Positions 27,012 through 35,373 of a DNA stretch of 53,515 nt are shown here, one piece after another. Source of the stretch: Patescibacteria group bacterium. Lineage in GTDB: Bacteria > Patescibacteriota > Microgenomatia > UBA10105 > UBA927. How positions within the stretch are numbered: position 1 is the stretch's first letter; the number at the start of each line of letters is the position of its first letter. The DNA lies in the NCBI GenBank assembly GCA_038062895.1, contig JBBTWJ010000003.1:186254-239768 (forward strand), given 5' to 3'. The notes under the pieces are model-generated. The model did no database searches. It saw nothing but the letters and a program-made list of their open reading frames with translations, and was not told the origin of the DNA. A program made the translations under genes and the position numbers.

Positions 27012-29273
27012 ATGCCCAATACAAAAATTTCTTTCCCTATCATCGGCATGCATTGCGCGAGTTGCGCGCGGCTCATCGAAAAAAAACTACAAAAAACACC
27101 GGGGGTGACGGATGCGATGGTCAATTACGGGAGCGAACAAGCGTCGGTCGAGTTTGATGAGACGTCCTGTTCTTTAGATGCAATCGGAAAAGCAGTAGAA
27201 GATATAGGGTATCAAGCGATACTCTCACCGAAAGAAAAATTCAGCGAAGCCGGATCTGGCCCCACCATGACACCAGATGAACTCAAAGAAGAAGCAAAAA
27301 AGAAAGAGCTCGTGGATTTAAAACGGAAGGTTATCATCTCCGGCATCTTGAGTGCATTGATTATGATTGGAAGCTTCCCGGAATGGTTTGGGATCTTCAT
27401 GTCGCCATACGTTCTGCTTCTGCTCACTATCCCCGTCCAATTCTGGGCAGGGTGGGGATTTTATCAAGCAACGTGGTCGGGACTCAAAAACCGAGCCGCC
27501 GGCATGGATACGCTCATCGCAATCGGCACGAGCGCTGCATTCGGATTTTCCGTTCTCACCACATTTTTTGAAATGCAACTGCGCGTTGCCGGATTTCCGA
27601 TCATTATGTATTACGACACAGCTGCCGTCATCATTGCGCTCATCCTCCTTGGCCGCTATCTGGAAGCGAAAGCCAAAGCACATACCAGTGACGCAATTAA
27701 AAAACTTCTGCATCTGCAGGCCAAAACCGCCCGCGTCGTCCGGGATGGACAAGAAGTCGATATACCTATTGAAGAAGTCAAAACGGGCGACACAATCCGC
27801 GTCCGACCGGGAGAAAAGATTCCCGTCGATGGAAAAATCTCTGACGGATCATCAAGCGTCGATGAGTCCATGGTGACGGGCGAGTCCATGCCGGTTGACA
27901 AAAAAATAGGCGATCCCGTCATTGGGGCGACCATCAATAAAACCGGTACGTTCCTGTTTTTGGCGACAAAAGTAGGAAGCGACACGATGCTGGCTCAAAT
28001 TGTCACGATGGTCGCCCAGGCACAAAGCTCGCGTGCGCCAATTGCCCGGCTTGCCGATGTCATCTCTTCTTACTTCGTACCCATCGTCCTCATGCTTGCC
28101 GCCGCGACCTTCGTCATATGGTACGACTTTGGCTCATTCGCTCAAGCATTTACCAATATGATCGCCGTCCTGATCATAGCGTGCCCCTGCGCGCTGGGGC
28201 TTGCGACCCCCACAGCTATCATGGTCGGAACCGGACGGGGTGCCGAACGCGGAATCCTCATCAAAGACGCCCAAGCTCTAGAGATTGCCCATAAAACAAA
28301 AGTCGCCGTCTTTGATAAAACCGGGACGCTTACCCGAGGAGAACCAAAAGTCACGGATGTAGTATTTGCGGATGCAATCAAAAATATCAATCAGATAAAA
28401 GCGGCAATTGCCGCCGTTGAGGCAAACTCTGAGCATCCGTTGTCCCGGGCCATCATTATGTCTGAAATTTTCAAAAGGGTAAACCTTAAAAGGGTACAGG
28501 ATTTAACCTTAAAAAACTTCTCCGCGATCGAGGGTTTCGGCGTCAAGGGAAACGTCAATGATCTCCCCATACTCGTCGGGAACAAAAAACTCATGGAGAG
28601 AGAAGGCGTGACGCACAGCGCAGAGTTGGATAAGAAAGCCGATGAATGGATGCATCAAGGTAAGACCCTCGCATACGTCTCTGTTAAAGAAAAAAACGTA
28701 GCTCTCATCGCTATCGCCGATACGATCAAAACTGAAGCCAAAGAAATGGTCTCATCCCTCAAAAAAATGGGGGTTGCTGTATGGATGATCACCGGGGACA
28801 ACGAAGTGACCGCCCGGGCAATAGCCAAACAAGCAGGGATTGATAACATCCTTGCCGGGGTATTGCCGCAGGAAAAAGCGGAAAAGATTAAAGCATTAAA
28901 AAGTGGCAATACCACTGTTGCGTTTGCAGGTGATGGAATTAATGACGCGCCAGCCTTGGCTGCAGCCGACGTCGGAATAGCGATGGGAACAGGCACCGAC
29001 GTGGCAATAGAATCAGCGGGTATTACTTTACTCAATAAAGATTTGAGAAGTGTCGTGACGGCCGTAAATCTCTCCCGCGTAACCCTGGGCGTCATCAAAC
29101 AAAATCTTTTCTGGGCATTTGGCTATAACGTCATCCTCATCCCCGTGGCCATGGGGGTGCTCTACCCCATCTGGGGATTGCTTCTCAATCCGGCTCTGGC
29201 CGCCTTTGCGATGGCGGCAAGCAGCATATCCGTTGTAGGAAATTCATTACGGTTGAAAGGAGTACACATATGA
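27012..29273 (+). CDS. copA: copper-translocating P1B-type ATPase
   Basis: N-terminal HMA GMHCASC, TGES, CPC ([13 protein letters not shown]), [15 protein letters not shown]. Confidence 0.96.
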   Translation: MPNTKISFPIIGMHCASCARLIEKKLQKTPGVTDAMVNYGSEQASVEFDETSCSLDAIGKAVEDIGYQAILSPKEKFSEAGSGPTMTPDELKEEAKKKELVDLKRKVIISGILSALIMIGSFPEWFGIFMSPYVLLLLTIPVQFWAGWGFYQATWSGLKNRAAGMDTLIAIGTSAAFGFSVLTTFFEMQLRVAGFPIIMYYDTAAVIIALILLGRYLEAKAKAHTSDAIKKLLHLQAKTARVVRDGQEVDIPIEEVKTGDTIRVRPGEKIPVDGKISDGSSSVDESMVTGESMPVDKKIGDPVIGATINKTGTFLFLATKVGSDTMLAQIVTMVAQAQSSRAPIARLADVISSYFVPIVLMLAAATFVIWYDFGSFAQAFTNMIAVLIIACPCALGLATPTAIMVGTGRGAERGILIKDAQALEIAHKTKVAVFDKTGTLTRGEPKVTDVVFADAIKNINQIKAAIAAVEANSEHPLSRAIIMSEIFKRVNLKRVQDLTLKNFSAIEGFGVKGNVNDLPILVGNKKLMEREGVTHSAELDKKADEWMHQGKTLAYVSVKEKNVALIAIADTIKTEAKEMVSSLKKMGVAVWMITGDNEVTARAIAKQAGIDNILAGVLPQEKAEKIKALKSGNTTVAFAGDGINDAPALAAADVGIAMGTGTDVAIESAGITLLNKDLRSVVTAVNLSRVTLGVIKQNLFWAFGYNVILIPVAMGVLYPIWGLLLNPALAAFAMAASSISVVGNSLRLKGVHI

Positions 29274-29415
29274 CCAGGTAGTAGAATTTCGACACGCTTT
29301 TCACTTTGCCCGTGTCGTTTTGAGACTCCTGGGTTGCAGCAATTAAAATTTATAAAGAAAGGACGTTGAGATTTCGAAAAGCGTAAAGGCAAAGGTCGAA
29401 ATTTCACTACCTGGT
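29270..29415 (+). mobile_element. family D element, subfamily c, plus-strand orientation
   Basis: ATGACCAGGTAGTAGAATTTCGAC...TCGAAATTTCACTACCTGGT-ATG. Its 5' ATG overlaps the copA TGA (ATGA). The interior matches 9417-9561 read on the sense strand. Confidence 0.7.
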
Positions 29416-29913
29416 ATGAACAGTGATACAAAAATAATCATTGGGGTGATAGTCGCAAGTATCGCCATCATTGGAGCCGCCGTATTCTTGCTCGGTAATG
29501 ACAAAAGTCCCAAACGCGAAACGCTTGGGATTGCGTCCATGACGATAGATAAAACATTTGAGGATTTTGGCGATATGAAGTCTACTGAAGAAAAAACTGC
29601 ACTATTCACAATCACCAATACGAGCGATGCAATTTTGCGTATTTGGAGTGTATCCACAAGCTGCAACTGTACGTTCGCAAGCGTGATAATTGGTGGTGTA
29701 GCGAGTGGCGAATTTAACATGCCCGCCCATATGATCGCGGCTCTCAAAAACTGGATTGGCGAAGTGCCGGCTAAACAAACGGCAACACTCAAGGTCACCT
29801 ATAAACCAAACATTATGCCGGTGATCGGAGTGGTGACACGGCAAACTCGATTCTCGACAAACGATCCAAAAAATGCGGAAGTAGAAGTGTCGGTAAAAGC
29901 AAATGTATTGTAA
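29416..29913 (+). CDS. membrane-anchored DUF1573-like protein (STSCNCT motif)
   Basis: N-terminal TM helix. F.I.N.....L.I..V..SC.CT pattern recalled for DUF1573. Confidence 0.6.
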   Translation: MNSDTKIIIGVIVASIAIIGAAVFLLGNDKSPKRETLGIASMTIDKTFEDFGDMKSTEEKTALFTITNTSDAILRIWSVSTSCNCTFASVIIGGVASGEFNMPAHMIAALKNWIGEVPAKQTATLKVTYKPNIMPVIGVVTRQTRFSTNDPKNAEVEVSVKANVL

Positions 29914-29997
29914 TCCGACCAATCCGGACCAATAACCCAATGAATGAACAAATGAATAAATTGGTCGGATTGGTAAATTGGTATTTATTGGTCGGAT
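29914..29997. repeat. word-hairpin, family I (AATCCGACCAAT / ATTGGTCGGATT)
   Basis: Arms are reverse complements. Related one-armed TACCAAT/CCAATAA word runs occur at 22325-22365 and 24505-24530. Confidence 0.6.
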
Positions 29998-30849
29998 TTG
30001 CCTATGGATAGCATGACAATCTTTCAGAGCATCTCTCTCATAACAGCATTCGCGGGAGGCATGGTGGCGCTCTTCGCCCCTTGTTGCATCACGTATCTGT
30101 TGCCGAGCTACTTGGCTAATATATTCCGTAACCGCGAAAAAGTCGTATGGATGACCATCATCTTTGGTCTGGGGATCGCCACCATTCTCGTGCCAACGGC
30201 ATTAGGGATCAGAGCCGTGGGACAAGTGTTCCAGAAATATCATACTCAAACGTACATCGTGGGCGGGGCATTCATGATCCTGTTGGGCCTCATGGAACTT
30301 ACCGGACGGAAAATTACAATCCCCATGATTCACCTGACGATTGACCTGAACCGCCGGCACGATCCATGGAGCGTCTATCTCATGGGAGTCTTCTCCGGTA
30401 TCACCTCCTCCTGCTGCACGCCGGTCTTGGCAGGCATTCTCACGCTAAGTTTTCTTTCTCCGACCTTTCTTTGGGCGGGGCTTGCCGGTATCTCGTATGT
30501 ATTTGGTATGATCGTCCCCCTCGTCGTCTTAGCCCTACTCCTCGAAAAAATAAACTGGACCAAGTTCCCCCAATGGAAAAACAAAACAATCCTCATAGCC
30601 GGAAAGCATGTGCTGATTACTGACGCCGCAGCGGGCGTTCTCTTTATCTTGGTTGGCATCACGTTTACGATCCTGGCATTAACCGGCAACATTACCATGG
30701 GACAAATCCAACCCTTGGAACAAATGATGGGCGCAAATGTCGTAAACATCGTACGCACGCTTCGCGCTATTCCCGGAAGCGAAATCATATTTACCGTGCT
30801 ATTCGTCATCAGTATTGGAGTATTTATTTTTAAAAGGAGGAAATCATGA
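29998..30849 (+). CDS. polytopic membrane protein, CcdA/DsbD_2-like, with two intramembrane vicinal Cys pairs (APCCITY, SSCCTPV)
   Basis: ~6-8 TM segments. CC pairs replace the single Cys of CcdA. TTG start at 29998 or ATG at 30004. Confidence 0.65.
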   Translation: MPMDSMTIFQSISLITAFAGGMVALFAPCCITYLLPSYLANIFRNREKVVWMTIIFGLGIATILVPTALGIRAVGQVFQKYHTQTYIVGGAFMILLGLMELTGRKITIPMIHLTIDLNRRHDPWSVYLMGVFSGITSSCCTPVLAGILTLSFLSPTFLWAGLAGISYVFGMIVPLVVLALLLEKINWTKFPQWKNKTILIAGKHVLITDAAAGVLFILVGITFTILALTGNITMGQIQPLEQMMGANVVNIVRTLRAIPGSEIIFTVLFVISIGVFIFKRRKS

Positions 30850-32078
30850 AAAAACGGTCTACTTCATTGAGTAAGGCTCTTACTAAATTACCACACAAAA
30901 ACATTTTGATATTTTTTATTTTCGTTTGTATGACGCTCATAGCGTTTAACCTCGGGAGAAATGAAACGCTATTGCGACAACTTATCGCAAATCCTTTGAG
31001 CCTACTCCAGCAATCAAAAGACACCATATCTGCCAAAGAATTAAAAAAGCTTCTGATAAAAAAAGACTTTGTCTTCATCAATGTCCACACGCCGTATGAA
31101 GGAGAAATCGAAAAAACAGACACGTTTATCGCCTATGATCAGGTCGTCGCACAGAGTAGCTCGTTACCAAAGGATAAAAACGCCAGCATCATCCTGTACT
31201 GCAAAAGTGGCCGGATGAGCGCGGAAGCGTTGCTTACGGTGCGCAAATTAGGCTACTCCAATGTCCGGCACCTATCCGGCGGCATGGATACGTGGGTGAA
31301 GTCAGGCGGGAAACTTCTGGATCTTTCTTTGGTCGAGGGAGAGGTGCTTCCCCAGAGTGGTGTAGAGCTTCCCGTGGTGTGGAGTGACATAGGCCCGCGG
31401 CTTATCGCCCTTGGCGTCATCGACGAAGCGAAATTCAGAAAGGCGGTAAACCTCACGCCGGAGCAAGAAGAAATTCTCACCCGCGGATCGGACAAAAAAA
31501 TGGTAATTAACAGCGCAAACGGTCAATTCGTCGTGGATATACTTTGGGCATTGGGACTTGCTCAAAAAAGCATCGTCTACGAGGAAGGACCGATGGGTAA
31601 AGAATATAAGAAGGAGGCAGGAAATTTCGCCTCTACCGGGGGATGGAGTTTGGCGCGCGGCAACGCGATGGCGTATCTCAACCGCTTTGACCTCATCCCT
31701 CTCACTCCCGAACAGCAAAAAAAGGTCGGTGATATAGCCCAAAACATTTACCGCCCCTGCTGCGGCAACTCTACCTGGTTTCCCGACTGCAACCATGGCA
31801 TGGCGGCCTTAGCGGCTATAGAACTCATGGTGTCGGTGGGGCTAGATGAAAAAACAATTTACCGCAACGTATTAGCACTCAATTCGTATTGGTTCAGCGA
31901 TACGTACGTGACCATTGCCACACATTTTGCCAGAACAGGAATTGCATGGAAAGACGTCGACGCGAAAACCGTCTTGGGCAAAGACTACTCGAGTGCCCAG
32001 GGGGCACAGGCAATTACCAAAAAAGTGGGTCCGCTCCCCTATAAACCGCAACAACAAGGCGGAGGATGTGGAGCCTAG
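30846..32078 (+). CDS. membrane-anchored rhodanese-domain protein with uncharacterised Cys-rich C-terminal domain (PCCGNSTWFPDCNHGMAA)
   Basis: Rhodanese active-site loop CKSGRMS. ATGA overlap with the upstream gene. The C-terminal ~240 aa are not recognised. Confidence 0.7.
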   Translation: MKKRSTSLSKALTKLPHKNILIFFIFVCMTLIAFNLGRNETLLRQLIANPLSLLQQSKDTISAKELKKLLIKKDFVFINVHTPYEGEIEKTDTFIAYDQVVAQSSSLPKDKNASIILYCKSGRMSAEALLTVRKLGYSNVRHLSGGMDTWVKSGGKLLDLSLVEGEVLPQSGVELPVVWSDIGPRLIALGVIDEAKFRKAVNLTPEQEEILTRGSDKKMVINSANGQFVVDILWALGLAQKSIVYEEGPMGKEYKKEAGNFASTGGWSLARGNAMAYLNRFDLIPLTPEQQKKVGDIAQNIYRPCCGNSTWFPDCNHGMAALAAIELMVSVGLDEKTIYRNVLALNSYWFSDTYVTIATHFARTGIAWKDVDAKTVLGKDYSSAQGAQAITKKVGPLPYKPQQQGGGCGA

Positions 32079-32092
32079 ACAAATAATAAATC

Positions 32093-32269
32093 ATGAAAAA
32101 ATGGCTGTTACCGATAGTATGCGCGCTTCCTCTCATCGGAGTTGCCCTCTGGTTTATCGCCGGAAAAAACGTGGGCAATCTCCTAACCTTTGGTCTTATT
32201 CTTGCCTGTCCATTATCGCATATATTTTTGATGAAGCATGGTAATAAGAAAGAAAAACATATACACTAG
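32093..32269 (+). CDS. small membrane protein, DUF2933-like (LACPLSHIFLMKHG), below the ORF-track cutoff
   Basis: Manual translation MKKWLLPIVCALPLIGVALWFIAGKNVGNLLTFGLILACPLSHIFLMKHGNKKEKHIH*. The CP(L)xH..H motif is recalled from metal-resistance loci. Confidence 0.5.
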   Translation: MKKWLLPIVCALPLIGVALWFIAGKNVGNLLTFGLILACPLSHIFLMKHGNKKEKHIH

Positions 32270-32289
32270 TTTCTAGTGTGAGCCCTCCT

Positions 32290-32405
32290 GGCCTTGCTTC
32301 TCGCCTTACCCCCGCCATGGCGGGGCGCGGCTCGAAGAGCGGTCTTAGGCGGACATAAGAAACGCTAAGCCGCTCCGCCAGCTGGCGGATTGGCAAGCGT
32401 TTCTA
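32290..32405 (+). ncRNA. GC-rich structured element upstream of 32422 (candidate cis-regulatory leader, class unknown)
   Basis: Hairpins CCCCGCC-AT-GGCGGGG. Long imperfect stem AGAAACGCT..GCC..CCGCC-AGCT-GGCGG..GGC..AGCGTTTCT ending 6 nt before the GGAGGTG SD. Alternative pairing GGCGGA/TCCGCC. Confidence 0.3.
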
Positions 32406-32421
32406 ATGGAGGTGATAACGC

Positions 32422-32697
32422 ATGAAACATGATCCAATGGCAACCGCCAACGCAATGGCAGTCACCGTTGCGTTTATCGCGGTCATCTGTACACTCGCTA
32501 TCATTCTCGCACCGGAAGTATCCATGGGGATAGCCCAATCCTGGTTTCACGGAATTGATTTGAGCAAAGTACGCGCCGTCGTTAATCCGTCTTTAGGCTC
32601 TCTCGTCTATGGATGGACGACCGCGACAATCGGCGGATGGGTAGCAGGCTACACGTTTGCCAACGTCTACAACTGGTTTGCGCCTAAAAAGAAATAA
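32422..32697 (+). CDS. small two-TM membrane protein (hypothetical)
   Basis: 91-aa ORF with GGAGGTG SD 7 nt upstream. C-terminal G.W.A....GGW.AG..FA..YNWF. Confidence 0.55.
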   Translation: MKHDPMATANAMAVTVAFIAVICTLAIILAPEVSMGIAQSWFHGIDLSKVRAVVNPSLGSLVYGWTTATIGGWVAGYTFANVYNWFAPKKK

Positions 32698-32699
32698 AC

Positions 32700-32733
32700 A
32701 AAGCTAAGCTTTCAAAATGCAAAGCTTAGCTTT
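32700..32733. repeat. family E palindrome AAAGCTAAGCTTT-N8-AAAGCTTAGCTTT between convergent genes (possible bidirectional terminator)
   Basis: Same 13-nt arms as 19538-19572. Overlaps the stop of the Crp/Fnr gene. Confidence 0.6.
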
Positions 32734-33406
32734 CACTACGTTGCATACGGGTTAGACGGGCGGCGGAGAGTTCTTTTTCGAGCGCACTTAACGAAGGGAT
32801 AATCAACTGGCGGCCGCGAGTGAGAACGAGCGATTTCCTTTTGAGCGCTTCAATTTGCAGACTCGCAGTTTCGCGCGTAGTACCGATCCAGGCGGCTATT
32901 TCTTTGTGCGTCGGGGACACTTCAAGCGCGACCCCTCTGGCATCCTTCGCGCCGAACTTTTGAACATAATACAGGATAAGGAGTATCGTTTTGGCATACG
33001 CGTCCTCAAGCACCAGCTGTTCGATACGCGACCATAACCCCGTAATCCCAAGCAATAAACGCGCCGTAAAATCACCAAGCACCTCCGGATGCTTCTCAAG
33101 AAATTTTTTGACGTCGCCCTGTGGTGCTCTGCGGATCGCCACATCGGTGGCTGCCTCATAAAAATAACGGTTCGATGTATTATTGATAACCCATGTCATG
33201 GGAAAAAACGCACCTGTCCGATACAATTGCAGCATGAGTGACTCTCCCGATCCATTGATCGAATACTGGCGTACGACGCCTTTTTCGATATAGGAAACTC
33301 CATGCGGCGCATCATCCGCCCGGAGAATCATTTCACCTTTTTTATACGTAAGCAATGGATGACGGGAATAAAAATCCCGGATGCTTTGTTTGAAACTTGC
33401 TGTCAT
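32726..33406 (-). CDS. Crp/Fnr family transcriptional regulator
   Basis: N-terminal cNMP-binding-like barrel and C-terminal HTH (..HKEIAAWIGTTRETASLQIEALKRK). Confidence 0.8.
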   Translation of the reverse strand: MTASFKQSIRDFYSRHPLLTYKKGEMILRADDAPHGVSYIEKGVVRQYSINGSGESLMLQLYRTGAFFPMTWVINNTSNRYFYEAATDVAIRRAPQGDVKKFLEKHPEVLGDFTARLLLGITGLWSRIEQLVLEDAYAKTILLILYYVQKFGAKDARGVALEVSPTHKEIAAWIGTTRETASLQIEALKRKSLVLTRGRQLIIPSLSALEKELSAARLTRMQRSES

Positions 33407-33497
33407 ACACTTCGATCGTGCGTTAGATCACAAGTATACACCTTCATCAGGTCCTCAATATGTACGATACCGTACATAATTTTTCCCCCAATGCAGT

Positions 33498-33920
33498 ATG
33501 ATGGTGTGTATGAGAAATCGACTCCTTTTTATCCTGTCCCTCGTGGGTATCGCTATCGCTGTTTATGTGTTGCAGGGATTTCTCCGACAGGCCCCCATTG
33601 TCTGTCTGAATTCGGGATGCGAAATCGTACGCAAAAGTCCATATAGTTATCTCTTCGGCATCCCGGTCCCCGGATACGGACTCATGGGATATACGGTGAT
33701 TGCGATCCTGACGTTTCTCCGGACGCTCTCACCCAAATTTCACAAACAATGTTTGCCATGGATCGTAGGGATCGCGTCCGGCGGAGTCGCTTTTGTCGCA
33801 TGGTTTACCTATATGGAACTTTTTGTCATCCGCGGTGTCTGCACCTGGTGCGCAATATCGGCCGTCAATATGGTGATCATTGCGTCGATCGCATGGAACG
33901 AATATCGTAACAGAAAATGA
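33498..33920 (+). CDS. vitamin K epoxide reductase (VKOR) family protein
   Basis: 4 TM segments, loop Cys pair (CLNSGC) and CTWC redox motif. Confidence 0.8.
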   Translation: MMVCMRNRLLFILSLVGIAIAVYVLQGFLRQAPIVCLNSGCEIVRKSPYSYLFGIPVPGYGLMGYTVIAILTFLRTLSPKFHKQCLPWIVGIASGGVAFVAWFTYMELFVIRGVCTWCAISAVNMVIIASIAWNEYRNRK

Positions 33921-34543
33921 AACTTACCGGAGAATCAAAAGTATTATTAAGCATCTTAGCCGTAACGGTGGCGATCATAGGTGGAGCCACGTTTATCTTC
34001 AGTAAGCCCCCCGCCCCACCGAAACCCATTGCCCGTGAAGAACTCGTGACTGCGGATTCGTTCCAGACAGGGAATGCATCAGCTGCCGCGTGGCTCGTGG
34101 AGTTTTCCGACTTCCAGTGCCCGGCCTGCCGCACATTCGCACCAGTTGTCGACGAACTTGTTACGAAATACTCAGATAAACTTCTTTTCGTCTACCGACA
34201 TTATCCACTCTCCCAACATGCATTTGCCAAACCCGCGGCTCTGGCCGCAGAAGCTGCCGGTGAACAAGGAAAATTTTGGGAAATGGGGAAATTATTATTT
34301 GAAAATCAGGACCAATTGTCCACAGCCCCCTGGGGAGACCTTGCCGACCAGCTCAAACTGGACCGGAAAAAATTTGACGCAGCCATCAATTCCGACACGC
34401 TGAAAACGAAAGTTGACCGCGACGAAACAGACGCCATCCGGCTGGGACTACCGGGAACGCCATCCTTTTTTCTCAACGGAGTTATGATTACGGTCGCAAG
34501 TCCTGCAGATTTAAAACGAGCAGTGGAAGAAGCAGTACGATAA
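33917..34543 (+). CDS. DsbA-like thioredoxin-fold protein (membrane-anchored)
   Basis: FSDFQCPACR CxxC motif. 4-nt overlap with the VKOR gene. Confidence 0.8.
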   Translation: MKLTGESKVLLSILAVTVAIIGGATFIFSKPPAPPKPIAREELVTADSFQTGNASAAAWLVEFSDFQCPACRTFAPVVDELVTKYSDKLLFVYRHYPLSQHAFAKPAALAAEAAGEQGKFWEMGKLLFENQDQLSTAPWGDLADQLKLDRKKFDAAINSDTLKTKVDRDETDAIRLGLPGTPSFFLNGVMITVASPADLKRAVEEAVR

Positions 34544-34547
34544 AATC

Positions 34548-35309
34548 ATGTTTGATCTCACCGGAAAAATAGCATTCGTATCGGGAGCCAGCAGCGGCAT
34601 CGGTAGAGCTTCGGCTCTCGCGCTTGCCAAGCAAGGCGCAACGGTCGTGGTGACTGCACGACGGGTAGAAAAGCTGAACGAGTTGGCAAAAGAAATCATT
34701 GCAATGGGACGGGAATCGTTACCGATCGTCATGGATGTCACAAAAAAAGAAACAATCACCGCTGCCGTCAATAAAACCGTAGAGATGTACGGAAAAATTG
34801 ATATCCTCCTTAATAATGCCGGAGTTGCTGAATTTGCTCCGTTTTTGGATTTGACCGAGGAACAATGGGACAAAACCATTGACACAAACCTGAAAGGTTA
34901 CTTTCTTGTCGCTCAAATAGTTGCACACGAAATGGCCAAACACAAATGGGGACGGATCATTAATATTGCCTCGATTGCCTCCGGCGGTGTAGGGGTTGGG
35001 TTTCCTTCTGTTGCCCACTACTGTGCGAGCAAAGGCGGGATCGTCGCCATGACGGAAGCACTCGCGATTGAACTGGCCCCGATGGGAATCCTCGTCAACT
35101 GCATCGGGCCGGGTGTCATAGAAACCAAAATGACCGAAGGAATGCTCAAAGATCCGAAGCAAGCCGAGGCGCTCCTTGCCCGATCCCCTCTCAAACGCGC
35201 CGGAAAGACAGAAGAGATTGCCGCGGCTGTCGTCTATTTTGCATCCGAAGAATCAAGTTATACAACGGGGTCTATCCTCTACGTCGACGGCGGGTGGCTG
35301 GCAAATTGA
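34548..35309 (+). CDS. SDR family oxidoreductase (FabG-like)
   Basis: TGASSGIGRA, NNAG, YCASKGG (YxxxK). Confidence 0.85.
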   Translation: MFDLTGKIAFVSGASSGIGRASALALAKQGATVVVTARRVEKLNELAKEIIAMGRESLPIVMDVTKKETITAAVNKTVEMYGKIDILLNNAGVAEFAPFLDLTEEQWDKTIDTNLKGYFLVAQIVAHEMAKHKWGRIINIASIASGGVGVGFPSVAHYCASKGGIVAMTEALAIELAPMGILVNCIGPGVIETKMTEGMLKDPKQAEALLARSPLKRAGKTEEIAAAVVYFASEESSYTTGSILYVDGGWLAN

Positions 35310-35373
35310 CACCTACCATTCAAACTCCCCGACGGCATCCTCCAACTCTACGCGTTTACGTTTGGGTAGATTA

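Noticed and set aside
2658-29997. Repeated words in spacers as a CRISPR array
   Set aside because: The repeats are 8-13 nt words in inverted or tandem arrangement confined to single intergenic gaps. There are no regularly spaced 25-40 nt repeats with unique spacers and no cas genes.
32196-32396. 66-aa minus-strand ORF across the GC-rich leader
   Set aside because: It has no start context, lies antisense to the locus orientation and is composed of palindromic GC-rich hairpin sequence.
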